DNA of 64,000 bases from Candidatus Binatia bacterium (GTDB taxonomy: Bacteria > Desulfobacterota > Binatia > UBA9968 > JAJDTQ01), in contig OY762897.2 in the NCBI GenBank assembly GCA_963666515.2, positions 3,072,001 to 3,136,000 on the forward strand. Reading direction: 5' to 3'. Shown piece by piece: positions 49,571-59,933 of the stretch. The translations under genes were made by a program, and so were the position numbers. Each line of letters starts with the position of its first letter. Position 1 is the stretch's first letter. The notes beneath the pieces were generated by a model. It was given only the letters and a program-made list of their open reading frames with translations. It was not told the origin of the DNA and searched no databases.

Positions 49571-51640
49571 CCCATCTTTAACATGCATGTGCGGATTTTG
49601 GGGTATTTGGGGGTGGGTAGAGCTTTTAAGGTGTTGAATTTATTGAGGTCAGGATTCTAGCGCCCTAATGTAGTGCCATAATTGTAAGATTTCCTTGATT
49701 CTCGTCCCGCCCTCTGATATCCTGCACCCATGTTCATCCGCCGCACCCAGACCCGCGGCGCCGACCGGGGCAGGAGCTACTTCACCCACCGCCTGGTGCG
49801 CTCCGAGCGCAGCGGCGTGCGGGTGCGGCAGCGCACCCTGCTCAATCTCGGCAGTGACTTCGAGGTGGCCCCGGAACATTGGGCGGTGTTGTGCGCGCGC
49901 GTCGAACAATTGATCGACCCGCAAGCGGTGCTGGTGGAGTTGGGGTGTTCGGAAGAGGTGGAACGGGAGGCCCAACGGATCGCCATGCAACTGGTGAGCC
50001 GGGCGCCTCGGGCGGAAGGCGGCGGAGGGGATGTGCAGGCCGTGGATGTGGACTCGTTGGAGTTGGTGCGCCCGCGCTCGGTGGGGGTGGAGCACGTCGG
50101 GCTTTGGGCCATGGAGCAGGTGGGGCTGGACGAATGTTTGGAAGGCCTTGGGTTCAACGGTCGGCAAAGGGCGGCAGCCATGGCGTTGATCATCGGACGC
50201 ATGGCACAGCCCGGATCGGAACGGGCCACTTGGCGGTGGTTGTGCGACCGCAGCGCTCTCGGCGAGTTGCTCGGCGTGGACTTCGAGAGCCTGAGCCTGA
50301 TGCGGCTCTACCGTGCCTCGGATGCGCTGATGGCCCATCGCAAGGCCGTCGAGAGCCACTTGTTCGAGCGGGTGACGGAGTTGTTTGGCCTGGGGCACAC
50401 GGTGACGCTGTACGATCTCACCAACACCTTCTTCGAGGGCGAAGCTCAAGGCCAGCCCAAGGCCAGACGGGGGCACTCGAAAGAGAAGCGCAGCGACTGT
50501 CCGCTGCTCACCCTGGGGCTGGTGCTCGACGGTTCCGGCTTCGTGCGCCGCTCCGAAGTGTTTGCCGGCAACGTCGATGAAGACAAGACCCTGGCGTCCA
50601 TGCTTGAAGCCCTCAAGGCCCCCCGCCAGGCGCTGGTGGTGATGGATGCGGGCATTGCCACCGAGAACAACATCGCCTGGTTGCGCAGCCACGGCTACCG
50701 CTATCTGGTGGTCAGCCGCCAACGCACCCGGCTGTTCGATCCCGAACTGGCTACCGCCATCGAGACCCGTTCCCAACAAAAGGTTCACCTGCACCGGGTG
50801 GTCGATGAGGACCACGACGAGGTGCGGCTTTACTGCTACTCCGAAGCTCGCGCCAAGAAAGAAGAAGGCATTTCCGAACGCTTTGCCGCACGCTTCGAGG
50901 GCGCCTTGCAAAAACTCCACGAGGGGCTCTCCCGCCCCCGCACCCGCAAGGCCCTCGACCATGTCTGGCAACGCATCGGGCGCATCCAGGAGCAAAGCCG
51001 GGGGGTCGCTCAGCATTACCAGGTCGAGGTCGTGGCCGACATCCAAGGCGACAAGGCCGTGGCCGTCACCTGGAAACGCCAGCCCCGCCCGGGCACCATG
51101 CTCACTCATCCCGGCGTCTATTGTCTGCGCACCAACCTCGACGACTGGGACCCGCAAGCCCTCTGGCGCACTTACACCATGCTCACCGACCTCGAAGCCG
51201 TATTCCGCTCCCTCAAGTCCGAACTCGGCCTGAGGCCCATCTTCCACCAAAAGCAGCACCGCTCCGACGGCCATTTGTTCATCACCGTCATCGCCTACCA
51301 ACTCGTGCAGATTGTCCGCCGCCGACTCGCCGCCTTGGGCGAGACCGCCAGTTGGACCACCTTGCGCCGCATACTCCAGGGCCAACACCGGGTCACCGCC
51401 ACTTTCCGACGCAAGGACGGCCGCACCCTGCATGTCCGCAAGGTCACCCAGGCCGAACCCCAGCAGCTTGAAATCTACAACGCTCTCCGCCTCGATTCCG
51501 CGCCTGGCGGTATCAAAAAGTTGATCGTCTGAACTCTCGGAATTCCCGTTGAATCACCAGAATGTAGTGCCAGAAGACCAAAATCGCCCCGCTAACACCC
51601 CGATTTATAACGACTTTCAAATACCCTTGTTAAACCTGGG
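49571..51640 (+). mobile_element. IS1634-family insertion sequence (2070 bp)
   Basis: Terminal IRs CCCATCTTTAACA / TGTTAAACCTGGG, TTAA target duplication (49567-49570, 51641-51644), single DDE transposase. Confidence 0.88.
49730..51532 (+). CDS. IS1634-family transposase
   Basis: LYDLTNTFFEG, RGHSKEKRSD, VMDAG, E.VFRSLKSELGLRPIFH, GHLFI. Confidence 0.9.
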   Translation: MFIRRTQTRGADRGRSYFTHRLVRSERSGVRVRQRTLLNLGSDFEVAPEHWAVLCARVEQLIDPQAVLVELGCSEEVEREAQRIAMQLVSRAPRAEGGGGDVQAVDVDSLELVRPRSVGVEHVGLWAMEQVGLDECLEGLGFNGRQRAAAMALIIGRMAQPGSERATWRWLCDRSALGELLGVDFESLSLMRLYRASDALMAHRKAVESHLFERVTELFGLGHTVTLYDLTNTFFEGEAQGQPKARRGHSKEKRSDCPLLTLGLVLDGSGFVRRSEVFAGNVDEDKTLASMLEALKAPRQALVVMDAGIATENNIAWLRSHGYRYLVVSRQRTRLFDPELATAIETRSQQKVHLHRVVDEDHDEVRLYCYSEARAKKEEGISERFAARFEGALQKLHEGLSRPRTRKALDHVWQRIGRIQEQSRGVAQHYQVEVVADIQGDKAVAVTWKRQPRPGTMLTHPGVYCLRTNLDDWDPQALWRTYTMLTDLEAVFRSLKSELGLRPIFHQKQHRSDGHLFITVIAYQLVQIVRRRLAALGETASWTTLRRILQGQHRVTATFRRKDGRTLHVRKVTQAEPQQLEIYNALRLDSAPGGIKKLIV

Positions 51641-51644
51641 TTAA

Positions 51645-51979
51645 GGGATTCGGCGACCCTTCCACTGTTTCAATTCGGTGAGCTTGATCATCAGCGAATG
51701 GAAGAGCAACTTCTGGAGTCACTTCCTGGAGAACTGTTCGGTCTGGTGTCGGAACAGTCAGTCACCCTGGATGCGTTGCGACACATGCTTGCAAATCGGA
51801 CAGCGGCCTGTTTTTCCGATCTTGACCGGGCTATTCTCAGACTCGTCGAGGAAGGAGAGTTCGAAATTCGCGATCCTGACGGCAAGGTGAGATCGAGATC
51901 ATTGAAGCGGTTGAATTCCACGGATCGAGTTGCGTTACCTGCAACGTTGTGGCTTCCGGGGTTACCCCGTCGGTCATGA
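51645..51979 (+). pseudogene. tcmP: TcmP 3' part
   Basis: Removing the IS and one TTAA gives GAC ACA TTA AGG GAT TCG..., in frame with ORF 51698-51979; reconstructed 417 aa. Confidence 0.82.
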
Positions 51980-54900
51980 GACCTTCACCGTAAGCTCTCC
52001 TGAGATTGCTGCAATACGGCGTGCCGTGTCCATAAATTGCTGGACTTCTTCGAAGCGCAACGGGCGTCCGAGGACGGCGCGTTCACGGTAGGAAAGCCAT
52101 TTCTTGAGCACTTGGTAACCGCCGAGTTTGTAGTTCCAAACGACGGTAGGGATGTTTCGCCAAAAGGCAGTGGCGTTGAGATAGACGTCGAAGGTCGTAT
52201 CGCCTAAGGTGGCCAGCGCGTTGCCCAGAGCGGCGTGTTCTTCTACCGTGTATGAGCGCTCTATGACGTGGCCCTGACCAGGCATAACCGCGTCGTCCTT
52301 GCCGTAGTGGCCCCAGCCTGCGGTAACCGCGAAATCGTTGGGTCCCATGTTGTGACCGGCGAGTGTAGCCGGTACGGCGATAGCGGCGATCTCCGGACGC
52401 AGCGGACCTTGCGTGACTCCGAGCACTGGGGTGTCGGGATCGAGCAGCGTGGCGAGTTCGCGGCCCCACACCGCCGATTCGGAAAGCACTTCGACTGCGT
52501 CTCTGACATCACCGTCCGGCCAACCGAGCAGCGGGATACGTGGCCATTCCATACGCAATGCGCCGGCATTGGCCTCCCGGTACGAGGGCCTGTGCAGTGT
52601 GGCGAGTATGTGATGGAAGAGGTCCTCGACACCCAAACCGAGGCGGTCGAGATAACGTTCTGCCGTGGCGGAGAGATTGGGGCGTCGTTGGCCATCACCT
52701 ATAACATCATCCCGCAACCAAGCTGGGAAATAGCTAGAAAGCCCATTGCCGAGATTGTCAGCAAGGTGCCGGACAACGGTTCCACGCGAATATCCTTCCT
52801 TCGCTTCACGCTCACGCGCTTCAATCCAGAGATTACCCTCAAAGACGTGCGGGTTGTAATCAACACGCTTTTCATCGAGGAGCTTCGTATCCTTCTCCCA
52901 GTACAGCCAGCGGTTGTCGAACGGCCGATAGGCGAAACGGACAAAACCGGCTTCGTCTGGGCCTCCGCGTTTCAGCAACTCGTCGCGCACTGCCTGTGCG
53001 CGGAATCGCGCCGTGGATCTCATAACGCTCGGATGACGCCGTGCAATTTCGTCATGGCTCAGTTTCACGTCAAAATAATCGGCTACGCGCGCCCGGAGCC
53101 GATCAAGGTCCACATCAACGAGAAAGCCATCCCGGCTGGTCTTGACGCCAGGGAACGACACCGGAAAGAGTTCTGGAAGCGCGGGCCAGCCAAACCAGTC
53201 GTCGCTGACGGGCATCGGCTTGAAGGGCAAACCCAGTCGGATATTGGGAACGAGCGTCGAATAGTCTCCATCCATTAGATCGGCAGAAAGGCTGTCCAAC
53301 AGGGCCTGTCGCCTTTCTTCGGCCCTTGCTTGGTGGAAGTCGCGGTAGAGGAGACGACGAAAAGTCGGGCTTGCAGCCACCTTGGTCTTCAATAGTAGGG
53401 CGATGCTCGTGCCAACCTTTATACCCGGAGATTGTCCTCGAAGCGCGAAAACCGTCTCACTGGTCCGTCCATCGGGAGCATATTCCGAAACGATGCGGTC
53501 ACCATGCAGGTTGTCGATGCGGATTGCGTCGAACGCCTCTAGGTAGCGCTCCCGCATGCCTGTGAATGACAAGCCGTCAAGCCATGAATAGTTGGAGATG
53601 AAGCAGACCACGCCCTGGCCGGTCTTCTCCGCGATGCGGCGTTCCGCCATGCGGAAGAAACGGACATAGAGGTCATTCAGCCCCTGTCCTTCGGGTCGGC
53701 GCACCCGCTTCGTCCTACGATAGGCTTCGGAAAGCTCCCGTTCTTCCTCCACAGCCATTCCCGCAAAGCCGTTGTAGGGCGGGTTGCCGAGGATCACGAG
53801 GATCGGCTTCTCCCGCTTTACCTGCTCCGCCCGGTCGCGTTCTTCCTCAAGCTCGGGGAAGGGCAGCGGCTTGGTGGTACGCGGCTCCCAGCCGGTCAGC
53901 GCATTGGTCAGGAACACGCCGGCGCGTTCGGTTTCATCATCGGCGAGGGGCGCATCGAGGGCCTGCATCGTCAATCCCACTTGCAGATGGGCGACGACGA
54001 AGGGGGCTGGCATGATTTCGAAGCCGAAGACCCGCTCGGTCGCCGCCTGCTTCACCCGCGCGCCTGTGAGCGCTCCGAGTCCCTGTCCTTCAAGATTGGC
54101 AGCGATCCGGCGCAGCACTTCGGCAAGATAGGCCCCGGTGCCGCAACAGGGATCGAGCACGTAGACGTTTTCCGCGGTCAGCCCTTCCGGGATGCCGAGG
54201 TCGTCCTTCAGGGCCTTGTCCACGCGGGCGACCATGTAGCGGACGACTTCCGTCGGCGTGTACCAGACGCCCAGTTGCTTCCGCAGGTCGGGATCGAAGG
54301 CTTCCAGGAACGGTTCGTAGAAATATGGCACGGCCTCGCCCTCGCTGAGGCGGGCGAAGAAGGCTTCCCGGTCGACGCGATCCAGCGCAGCCGCGGTCCA
54401 ATCCAGAACTTCGACGAGACCGAGCGGTTGAAGCCTGCCAGGGTCGGAAAGCTGCTGGAACAGCGCCCTCAGGACCGGGGCGCGCAGGTGCCAGACCGCG
54501 GTGCGCCAGTCGAATCCGCCTGCCGGCGTCGGCGTCTGCCGCGCCCACAGAACCCAGGCGGAGAAGACGCCGTAGAACAGCGTCTGCACCAGTGTCGAAC
54601 GGAAGAAGCGGGCGCCCTTGTCGCCTTCGAAGCGGACGCCAAGCGCCTCCTCCAGTGCCGACCGCACCGCCTTGAGCGATGGTGCATCACCAGCCGCCTC
54701 GACCCGCGCAAGACCGTCGCGCGCGTAGGAAGCGAGCAGCCAAGCCAAGTCCTTCGGCTCTGCGAGCGCCGCACGGTGCGCCAGCGCACGGGCCAGATAC
54801 TCGCCAAGGCCGGCGCCTACCTCGGCTGCGAAGGCGCGCGGCTTCTCCAGTCCACGCGCAAACGCTTCTTCGCTGTCCGCCAGACAGAACGATTCGAGGG

Positions 54901-55324
54901 TGGCCTCGCCGCCACTTGCGTCCGGGCCGACAAGCGCAAACTCGCGTAGGTTGGTCACCAGCACCAGCCGGTACCGGCCCCAATAACGGGAGACCTGGTC
55001 GCGCACGCCGGGCGCGTCCAGGTCCTCGCCGGAAGACTTGACTTCCACAACTCCACGCTCGGGAGTCTGGCCCTCGCGTGGCCGGCCCTTCTGCACCTGC
55101 TTCGCCGTGAACAGACCGAAATCGGGATGGCCGGCGCCCTGGTCGGCCAACTCGCCGACGCAGAAGACCTTGGGCTTGAGCGTGGCGCCGACGGCGTTGA
55201 GTAGATTGGCGAGCGGCCCGTAGGCGGACCTTTCCCCGGTCGCACTGCCGGACGCGCGCACCCTCCGCAGGTCGGTGAGGTAAGCCTCGACGGCGTTCGT
55301 CAGCTTCGTATTGGGTCCTGCCAT
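51974..55324 (-). CDS. Type IIG/ISP-like restriction-modification enzyme (N6-adenine MTase + specificity domain, putative N-terminal nuclease)
   Basis: PDF...VEVK at N-terminus, GVWYTP, LDPCCGTG, GNPPY, YRPFD.RW, GGYQVLKKWL. Confidence 0.88.
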   Translation of the reverse strand: MAGPNTKLTNAVEAYLTDLRRVRASGSATGERSAYGPLANLLNAVGATLKPKVFCVGELADQGAGHPDFGLFTAKQVQKGRPREGQTPERGVVEVKSSGEDLDAPGVRDQVSRYWGRYRLVLVTNLREFALVGPDASGGEATLESFCLADSEEAFARGLEKPRAFAAEVGAGLGEYLARALAHRAALAEPKDLAWLLASYARDGLARVEAAGDAPSLKAVRSALEEALGVRFEGDKGARFFRSTLVQTLFYGVFSAWVLWARQTPTPAGGFDWRTAVWHLRAPVLRALFQQLSDPGRLQPLGLVEVLDWTAAALDRVDREAFFARLSEGEAVPYFYEPFLEAFDPDLRKQLGVWYTPTEVVRYMVARVDKALKDDLGIPEGLTAENVYVLDPCCGTGAYLAEVLRRIAANLEGQGLGALTGARVKQAATERVFGFEIMPAPFVVAHLQVGLTMQALDAPLADDETERAGVFLTNALTGWEPRTTKPLPFPELEEERDRAEQVKREKPILVILGNPPYNGFAGMAVEEERELSEAYRRTKRVRRPEGQGLNDLYVRFFRMAERRIAEKTGQGVVCFISNYSWLDGLSFTGMRERYLEAFDAIRIDNLHGDRIVSEYAPDGRTSETVFALRGQSPGIKVGTSIALLLKTKVAASPTFRRLLYRDFHQARAEERRQALLDSLSADLMDGDYSTLVPNIRLGLPFKPMPVSDDWFGWPALPELFPVSFPGVKTSRDGFLVDVDLDRLRARVADYFDVKLSHDEIARRHPSVMRSTARFRAQAVRDELLKRGGPDEAGFVRFAYRPFDNRWLYWEKDTKLLDEKRVDYNPHVFEGNLWIEAREREAKEGYSRGTVVRHLADNLGNGLSSYFPAWLRDDVIGDGQRRPNLSATAERYLDRLGLGVEDLFHHILATLHRPSYREANAGALRMEWPRIPLLGWPDGDVRDAVEVLSESAVWGRELATLLDPDTPVLGVTQGPLRPEIAAIAVPATLAGHNMGPNDFAVTAGWGHYGKDDAVMPGQGHVIERSYTVEEHAALGNALATLGDTTFDVYLNATAFWRNIPTVVWNYKLGGYQVLKKWLSYRERAVLGRPLRFEEVQQFMDTARRIAAISGELTVKVS

Positions 55325-55363
55325 CGTTCTATTGCGGACAGACGTGCTCTCGTCGGCAGGGGT

Positions 55364-55396
55364 TCAGGCGGCCTCGAAGATGGAAACCGTCGTCAT
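55364..55396 (-). pseudogene. 10-codon stub resembling a Phd/YefM antitoxin N-terminus
   Basis: MTTVSIFEAA*, preceded by GACA-N3-TGTC palindrome. Confidence 0.35.
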
Positions 55397-55491
55397 AAAG
55401 ACAAAATGTCATTTCCTTCAGACTATGCAAGTCCCTGAAGCTGCAAGAGGGCGTTGCCCCACAAGGCAAGTCGGACGCCGCGAGGCGCGCC

Positions 55492-56238
55492 CTATGCCTT
55501 CATCCGGGTTGCGCTGAAGGCCGTGAACGGCGCTTGCGCCAGGAAGTCGTTCCAGAAGGGCTTGGCCTGCTCGGCCGGATCCAGGGCGGCGTCGATCCAC
55601 TGGAAGTCCGTGAATCCGGCGCTGTGCATAGCGGCTTCGTAGGCGGCGGGTTCGAGGTAGTAGTTGTCGAACTCGACGGTGCGGCCGTCGGGGTTGGTGA
55701 GGCGGTAGCGGACGGGGGCTCCCTCGCGCGGGGGCCAGACGCCGGTGCGTTCGAATCCGTATTTGGCCAGCGACGCGCCGGGCCTGGGCGGGTTGCGGAC
55801 GTTGTCGTTGAAGCCGACGAGACGGCCGCCCGGCCGGAGGGCGCGGAAGCAGGCGCGGCAGAAGCTTTCCAGTTCTTCCCGGTTCCGCGCGTAGTTCAGC
55901 AGGTAGATGGCGGTGACGACGTCCACGGGTGCGGCCGGCGTGAACGTGGCCGCGTCCGCGCAGACGTAGCGGCAGCCGGTTGGCCGGGCCTGTTCCTCGG
56001 CTTCGGCAAGGGCGATCATCTCCCCGGAGATGTCCACGCCGGTGACCTCAGCCGCGCCGGCCTGCTTGAACTGGCGCGAGTAGAACCCGTCGCCGCAGGC
56101 AAGGTCCAGTACGGTCCGCCCGCGCAGGTCCCCCAGCGCCCGGAACACGGTGTAGCGTTCGACGGAGTAGCGGAACGGGAGCTGCTTGGAGTCGCGGTAG
56201 CGCTCCGCGATGGCGTCGTATGTCGCCCCGCGGGTCAC
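55492..56238 (-). CDS. Class I SAM-dependent methyltransferase
   Basis: VLDLACGDG, GVDIS..MI, YLLNYA, LRPGGR. Confidence 0.88.
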   Translation of the reverse strand: MTRGATYDAIAERYRDSKQLPFRYSVERYTVFRALGDLRGRTVLDLACGDGFYSRQFKQAGAAEVTGVDISGEMIALAEAEEQARPTGCRYVCADAATFTPAAPVDVVTAIYLLNYARNREELESFCRACFRALRPGGRLVGFNDNVRNPPRPGASLAKYGFERTGVWPPREGAPVRYRLTNPDGRTVEFDNYYLEPAAYEAAMHSAGFTDFQWIDAALDPAEQAKPFWNDFLAQAPFTAFSATRMKA

Positions 56239-56241
56239 GCC

Positions 56242-57510
56242 TCAGGTGCCCATCTCCCACGAGGACAGGTAGCGCTTCTGCTCCCGGGTGAGCTTGTCCA
56301 TGCGGATGCCCATGGTTTCGAGCTTGATGCTCGCGACCCACTCTTCGAGGGACTGGGGCACGTCGTAGACCTGGGGAGAGAGGCTGTCGCGGTTCCGGAC
56401 GGCCCACTCGGAGGCCAGCGCCTGCGTGGCGAAGCTCATGTCCATGACCGAGGCGGGATGGCCCTCGGCTGCGGCGAGGTTGACGAGGCGGCCTTCTCCC
56501 AGGAGGAAGAGGCGCTTGCCGCCGGACAAGGTGTAGCAGTCCACGTGGTTGCGGACGTTCTTCTCGCGTTTGGTGGCCATGGCCGTGAGCGCCTTGAGGT
56601 CGATCTCGATGTCGAAGTGGCCGGAGTTGCAGATGATGGCGCCGTCCTTCATGGCCTTGAGGTGGTCCTTGCCGATGACGTGCATGTCGCCGGTGAGGGT
56701 GATGAAGAGGTCGCCGACCCTGGCGGCCTCCTTCATGGGCATGACGTCGAAGCCGTCCATGGAGGCTTCCAGCGCGCGCACCGGGTCCACCTCGGTGACC
56801 ACCACCTTGGCGCCCATGCCGCGGGCGCGTGAGGCCACGCCCCGGCCGCACCAGCCGTATCCCGCCACCACCACCCGCTTGCCCGCCAGCAGCACGTCGG
56901 TGGCGCGGATGATGCCGTCGATGGTGGACTGGCCGGTGCCGTAGCGGTTGTCGAAAAGGTGCTTGGTGGCGGCGTCGTTGACCGCGATGATGGGGATCCT
57001 GAGGGCGCCGTCCGCCTCCAGGGCACGGAGCCGGATGACTCCGGTGGTGGTCTCCTCCATGGAGGCCATCATGCCGCCGGCCAGGTGAGCGTATTCCTGG
57101 TGCAGCATGGACACCAGGTCGGCGCCGTCGTCCATGGTGATCACCGGGTGGTGGTCCAGGGCCGAGCGCAAATGGCTGTAGTAGGTCTTGTGGTCCTCGC
57201 CGCGCACCGCGAACACCGCCAAGCGCTCCTTCTTCACCAGCGCCGCGGCCACGTCGTCCTGCGTCGACAGCGGGTTGGACGCGCACAGCACCACGTCCGC
57301 GCCCCCGGCCTTGAGGGTGCGCACGAGGTTGGCTGTCTCCGCGGTCACGTGCAGGCAGGCGGAGAACCGCAGGCCCTTGAGCGGCTTCTCCTTCTGAAAG
57401 CGGGCGCGCACGCTGCGCAGCACCGGCATCTCCTGGTCCGCCCATAGGACGCGCTTCCAGCCTTCGGCGGCCAGTGAGGGGTCTGCGATGTCGAATTCAG
57501 GTTTTGCCAT
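56242..57510 (-). CDS. ahcY: Adenosylhomocysteinase
   Basis: [48 protein letters not shown]. Confidence 0.97.
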   Translation of the reverse strand: MAKPEFDIADPSLAAEGWKRVLWADQEMPVLRSVRARFQKEKPLKGLRFSACLHVTAETANLVRTLKAGGADVVLCASNPLSTQDDVAAALVKKERLAVFAVRGEDHKTYYSHLRSALDHHPVITMDDGADLVSMLHQEYAHLAGGMMASMEETTTGVIRLRALEADGALRIPIIAVNDAATKHLFDNRYGTGQSTIDGIIRATDVLLAGKRVVVAGYGWCGRGVASRARGMGAKVVVTEVDPVRALEASMDGFDVMPMKEAARVGDLFITLTGDMHVIGKDHLKAMKDGAIICNSGHFDIEIDLKALTAMATKREKNVRNHVDCYTLSGGKRLFLLGEGRLVNLAAAEGHPASVMDMSFATQALASEWAVRNRDSLSPQVYDVPQSLEEWVASIKLETMGIRMDKLTREQKRYLSSWEMGT

Positions 57511-57514
57511 GTTC

Positions 57515-58699
57515 TCAGCCCTTGACCGCGGCGCTCAGCTTGTCGGCCCGGTCGGTCTTCTCCCAAGTGAAGTACGGGGCCTCGGGCTTGCGGCCGAAAT
57601 GACCGTAGGCGGCTGATTTCTCGTAGATGGGCGCCCGCAGATTCAGGGCGTCGATGATTCCCTTGGGAGTGAGATCGAAGTTTTTTCGCACCAGCTTCAC
57701 GATCTCGGCATCCGGCAACTCGCCCGTGCCGAAGGTATCGACGGCGATTGAGACCGGCTCTGCGACGCCGATGACGTACGCGAGTTGTATCTCGCAACGC
57801 CGGGCCAGTTTCGCGGCCACGATGTTCTTGGCCACGTAGCGGGCCATGTACGCCCCGCTCCGGTCCACCTTGGAGGGGTCCTTGCCGGAGAACGCGCCGC
57901 CGCCGTGCCGCCCCATGCCGCCATAGGTGTCCACGATGATCTTGCGGCCGGTGAGGCCGGCGTCAGCTTGGGGGCCTCCGATCTCGAAGCTGCCGGTGGG
58001 ATTGACGAGAAACTCCGTGTCGCTGTCGATGTACCGGGCCGGCACGACTTCCCTTATAACACTGTTGACGATGTCCCTCTTGAGATCGTCGTGCGTGATC
58101 TCGGAGTTGTGCTGGGTCGAAACCACCACGTTGCTAACCCTGTGCGGCCGGCCGTCCTGGTACTGAACGCTGACTTGGGACTTCGAATCGGGGCGAAGGA
58201 ACCCGGAGAGCGGAACCTTCCCGGATTTCCTGATCTCGGCCAAGTCGGACACGAGATCGTTGGCGAGTTTGATGGGGAGCGGCATGAGTTCGTCGGTCTC
58301 GTCGCACGCGTAGCCGAACATCATCCCCTGATCGCCCGCGCCCTGTTCCTTGTGGAGCCCCTGGCCTTCGGTGACCCCTTGCGAAATGTTGGGCGACTGG
58401 CTCACCAGTTTCACGAAGACTCCGCAGGTGTTGCCGTCGAAGCCCTTGTCCGGATGGTCGTAACCGATGTCGAGCGCCACCCGGCGCGCCACGCCCACGT
58501 AGTCCACCTTGCCCTTGCTGGTGATCTCCCCCGCGATCACGATCAGGTCGTTCTTGACCAGAGTCTCGCACGCCACCCGGCTGTCCGGGTCCTGCGCCAA
58601 GTGGGCGTCGAGCACCGCGTCCGAGATCTGGTCGCACATCTTGTCGGGGTGTCCCTCCGAAACCGACTCCGAGGTGAATACAAAATCTTTGTTCGTCAT
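57515..58699 (-). CDS. metK: S-adenosylmethionine synthetase
   Basis: [27 protein letters not shown]. Confidence 0.97.
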   Translation of the reverse strand: MTNKDFVFTSESVSEGHPDKMCDQISDAVLDAHLAQDPDSRVACETLVKNDLIVIAGEITSKGKVDYVGVARRVALDIGYDHPDKGFDGNTCGVFVKLVSQSPNISQGVTEGQGLHKEQGAGDQGMMFGYACDETDELMPLPIKLANDLVSDLAEIRKSGKVPLSGFLRPDSKSQVSVQYQDGRPHRVSNVVVSTQHNSEITHDDLKRDIVNSVIREVVPARYIDSDTEFLVNPTGSFEIGGPQADAGLTGRKIIVDTYGGMGRHGGGAFSGKDPSKVDRSGAYMARYVAKNIVAAKLARRCEIQLAYVIGVAEPVSIAVDTFGTGELPDAEIVKLVRKNFDLTPKGIIDALNLRAPIYEKSAAYGHFGRKPEAPYFTWEKTDRADKLSAAVKG

Positions 58700-58732
58700 G
58701 GATGATTCCTGTTCGGCCCTTCCGTTGGTGTG

Positions 58733-59008
58733 TTAGTCGCTCTCGCGGAACTTGTCCTCGATGAGCTGCTCGATGGCGAGCATCGCTTCCTGGGCGTCCT
58801 CCCCCCTGGTCTCGACGCGGATCTTGCTGCCCTTGGCCGCGCCGAGCGTCAGGACGCCCATGATGCTGCGCGCGTTGACGACGTTGTCGTCCTTGGAGAT
58901 CTTCACCTCCGAGGAGAACTGGTTCACGGTCTGGACCAGCAGCGCGGAGGCGCGGGCGTGCATCCCGAGGCGGTTCTTTATCTCGAGTTTCTTCCTAACG
59001 CGGTGCAT
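58733..59008 (-). CDS. ptsH: HPr/NPr phosphocarrier protein
   Basis: GMHARAS, NARSIMG. Confidence 0.9.
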   Translation of the reverse strand: MHRVRKKLEIKNRLGMHARASALLVQTVNQFSSEVKISKDDNVVNARSIMGVLTLGAAKGSKIRVETRGEDAQEAMLAIEQLIEDKFRESD

Positions 59009-59011
59009 CGA

Positions 59012-59887
59012 TCATCTGTCAATGTCCCGGTGCCTCAACTGAATGCGCCACGGCGTCCCCTCGAGACGCCGCGCGAACTCGGCGGCCAGCACCACCGACC
59101 GGTGCCTGCCGCCGGTGCAACCGAAAGCCACGGTCAGGTTGCTCTTGCCTTCACGCTCGTAGTTGGGCAGCGTGAAGTCGAGCAACGCGCTCATGCGCTC
59201 CACGAAAGCACGCGTTTCCGCCCGGCCGAGCACGAAATCCCGTACTTCCGCGGCCAATCCGTTCCTGGCCTCCAACCCACTAACAAAAAATGGGTTGGGA
59301 AGGAACCTCACGTCGATCACCACGTCCGCCTCGGACGGGATCCCGTGCTTGTAGCCGAAGGACATGAGGAAGACCGACATCTGCCGCCTCCCCAGGGCCT
59401 CGACGCACGAATCCTCGATGACCTGCTTGAGGTCGTGGACGTTCAGATGGGTCGTGTCGATGACGCGGTCCGCGGAATCCCGCATCCCCGTGAGGGCCGC
59501 CCGCTCCCGCGCGATGCCCTCCTGGACCGACCCGCCGCCCTGGAGCGGGTGCGGCCGGCGCGTTTCGTTGAACCGGCGCAGCAGCAGCTCGTCGCTGGCG
59601 TCGAGGAAGATGACCTCCACGTGGTGGCCGGCCCGGCGGGTCTCCGCCAGCACGCCGTGCCACCCTTCGATGAACTGCGCGCCGCGCAGGTCGATGCCGA
59701 AGGCGACCCGCTGGATGCCCTCGCGGTAGCCTTGGCACAGGTCGATGAACCGGGGGATGAGCGCCACCGGCAGGTTGTCGATGCAGAAGAAGCTGTTGTC
59801 CTCCAGGACCCGCATGGCGGCGTTCTTGCCGGAACCCGACAGGCCGGTGATGACGACGATGTCAAGCAGGCCGGGCATGCGCTTCAC
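59012..59887 (-). CDS. rapZ: RNase adapter RapZ
   Basis: GLSGSGK, DNLP, ETRRPHP, DVRFLPNP, GCTGGRHRS. Confidence 0.94.
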   Translation of the reverse strand: MKRMPGLLDIVVITGLSGSGKNAAMRVLEDNSFFCIDNLPVALIPRFIDLCQGYREGIQRVAFGIDLRGAQFIEGWHGVLAETRRAGHHVEVIFLDASDELLLRRFNETRRPHPLQGGGSVQEGIARERAALTGMRDSADRVIDTTHLNVHDLKQVIEDSCVEALGRRQMSVFLMSFGYKHGIPSEADVVIDVRFLPNPFFVSGLEARNGLAAEVRDFVLGRAETRAFVERMSALLDFTLPNYEREGKSNLTVAFGCTGGRHRSVVLAAEFARRLEGTPWRIQLRHRDIDR

Positions 59888-59933
59888 GCGGACCCATCAC
59901 TGTCCCCCGCAGGCGGACCGGAAGGCGCCGGGG

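Noticed and set aside
58700-58732. SAM/SAH riboswitch before metK
   Set aside because: Intergenic gap is only 33 bp with no recognisable aptamer.
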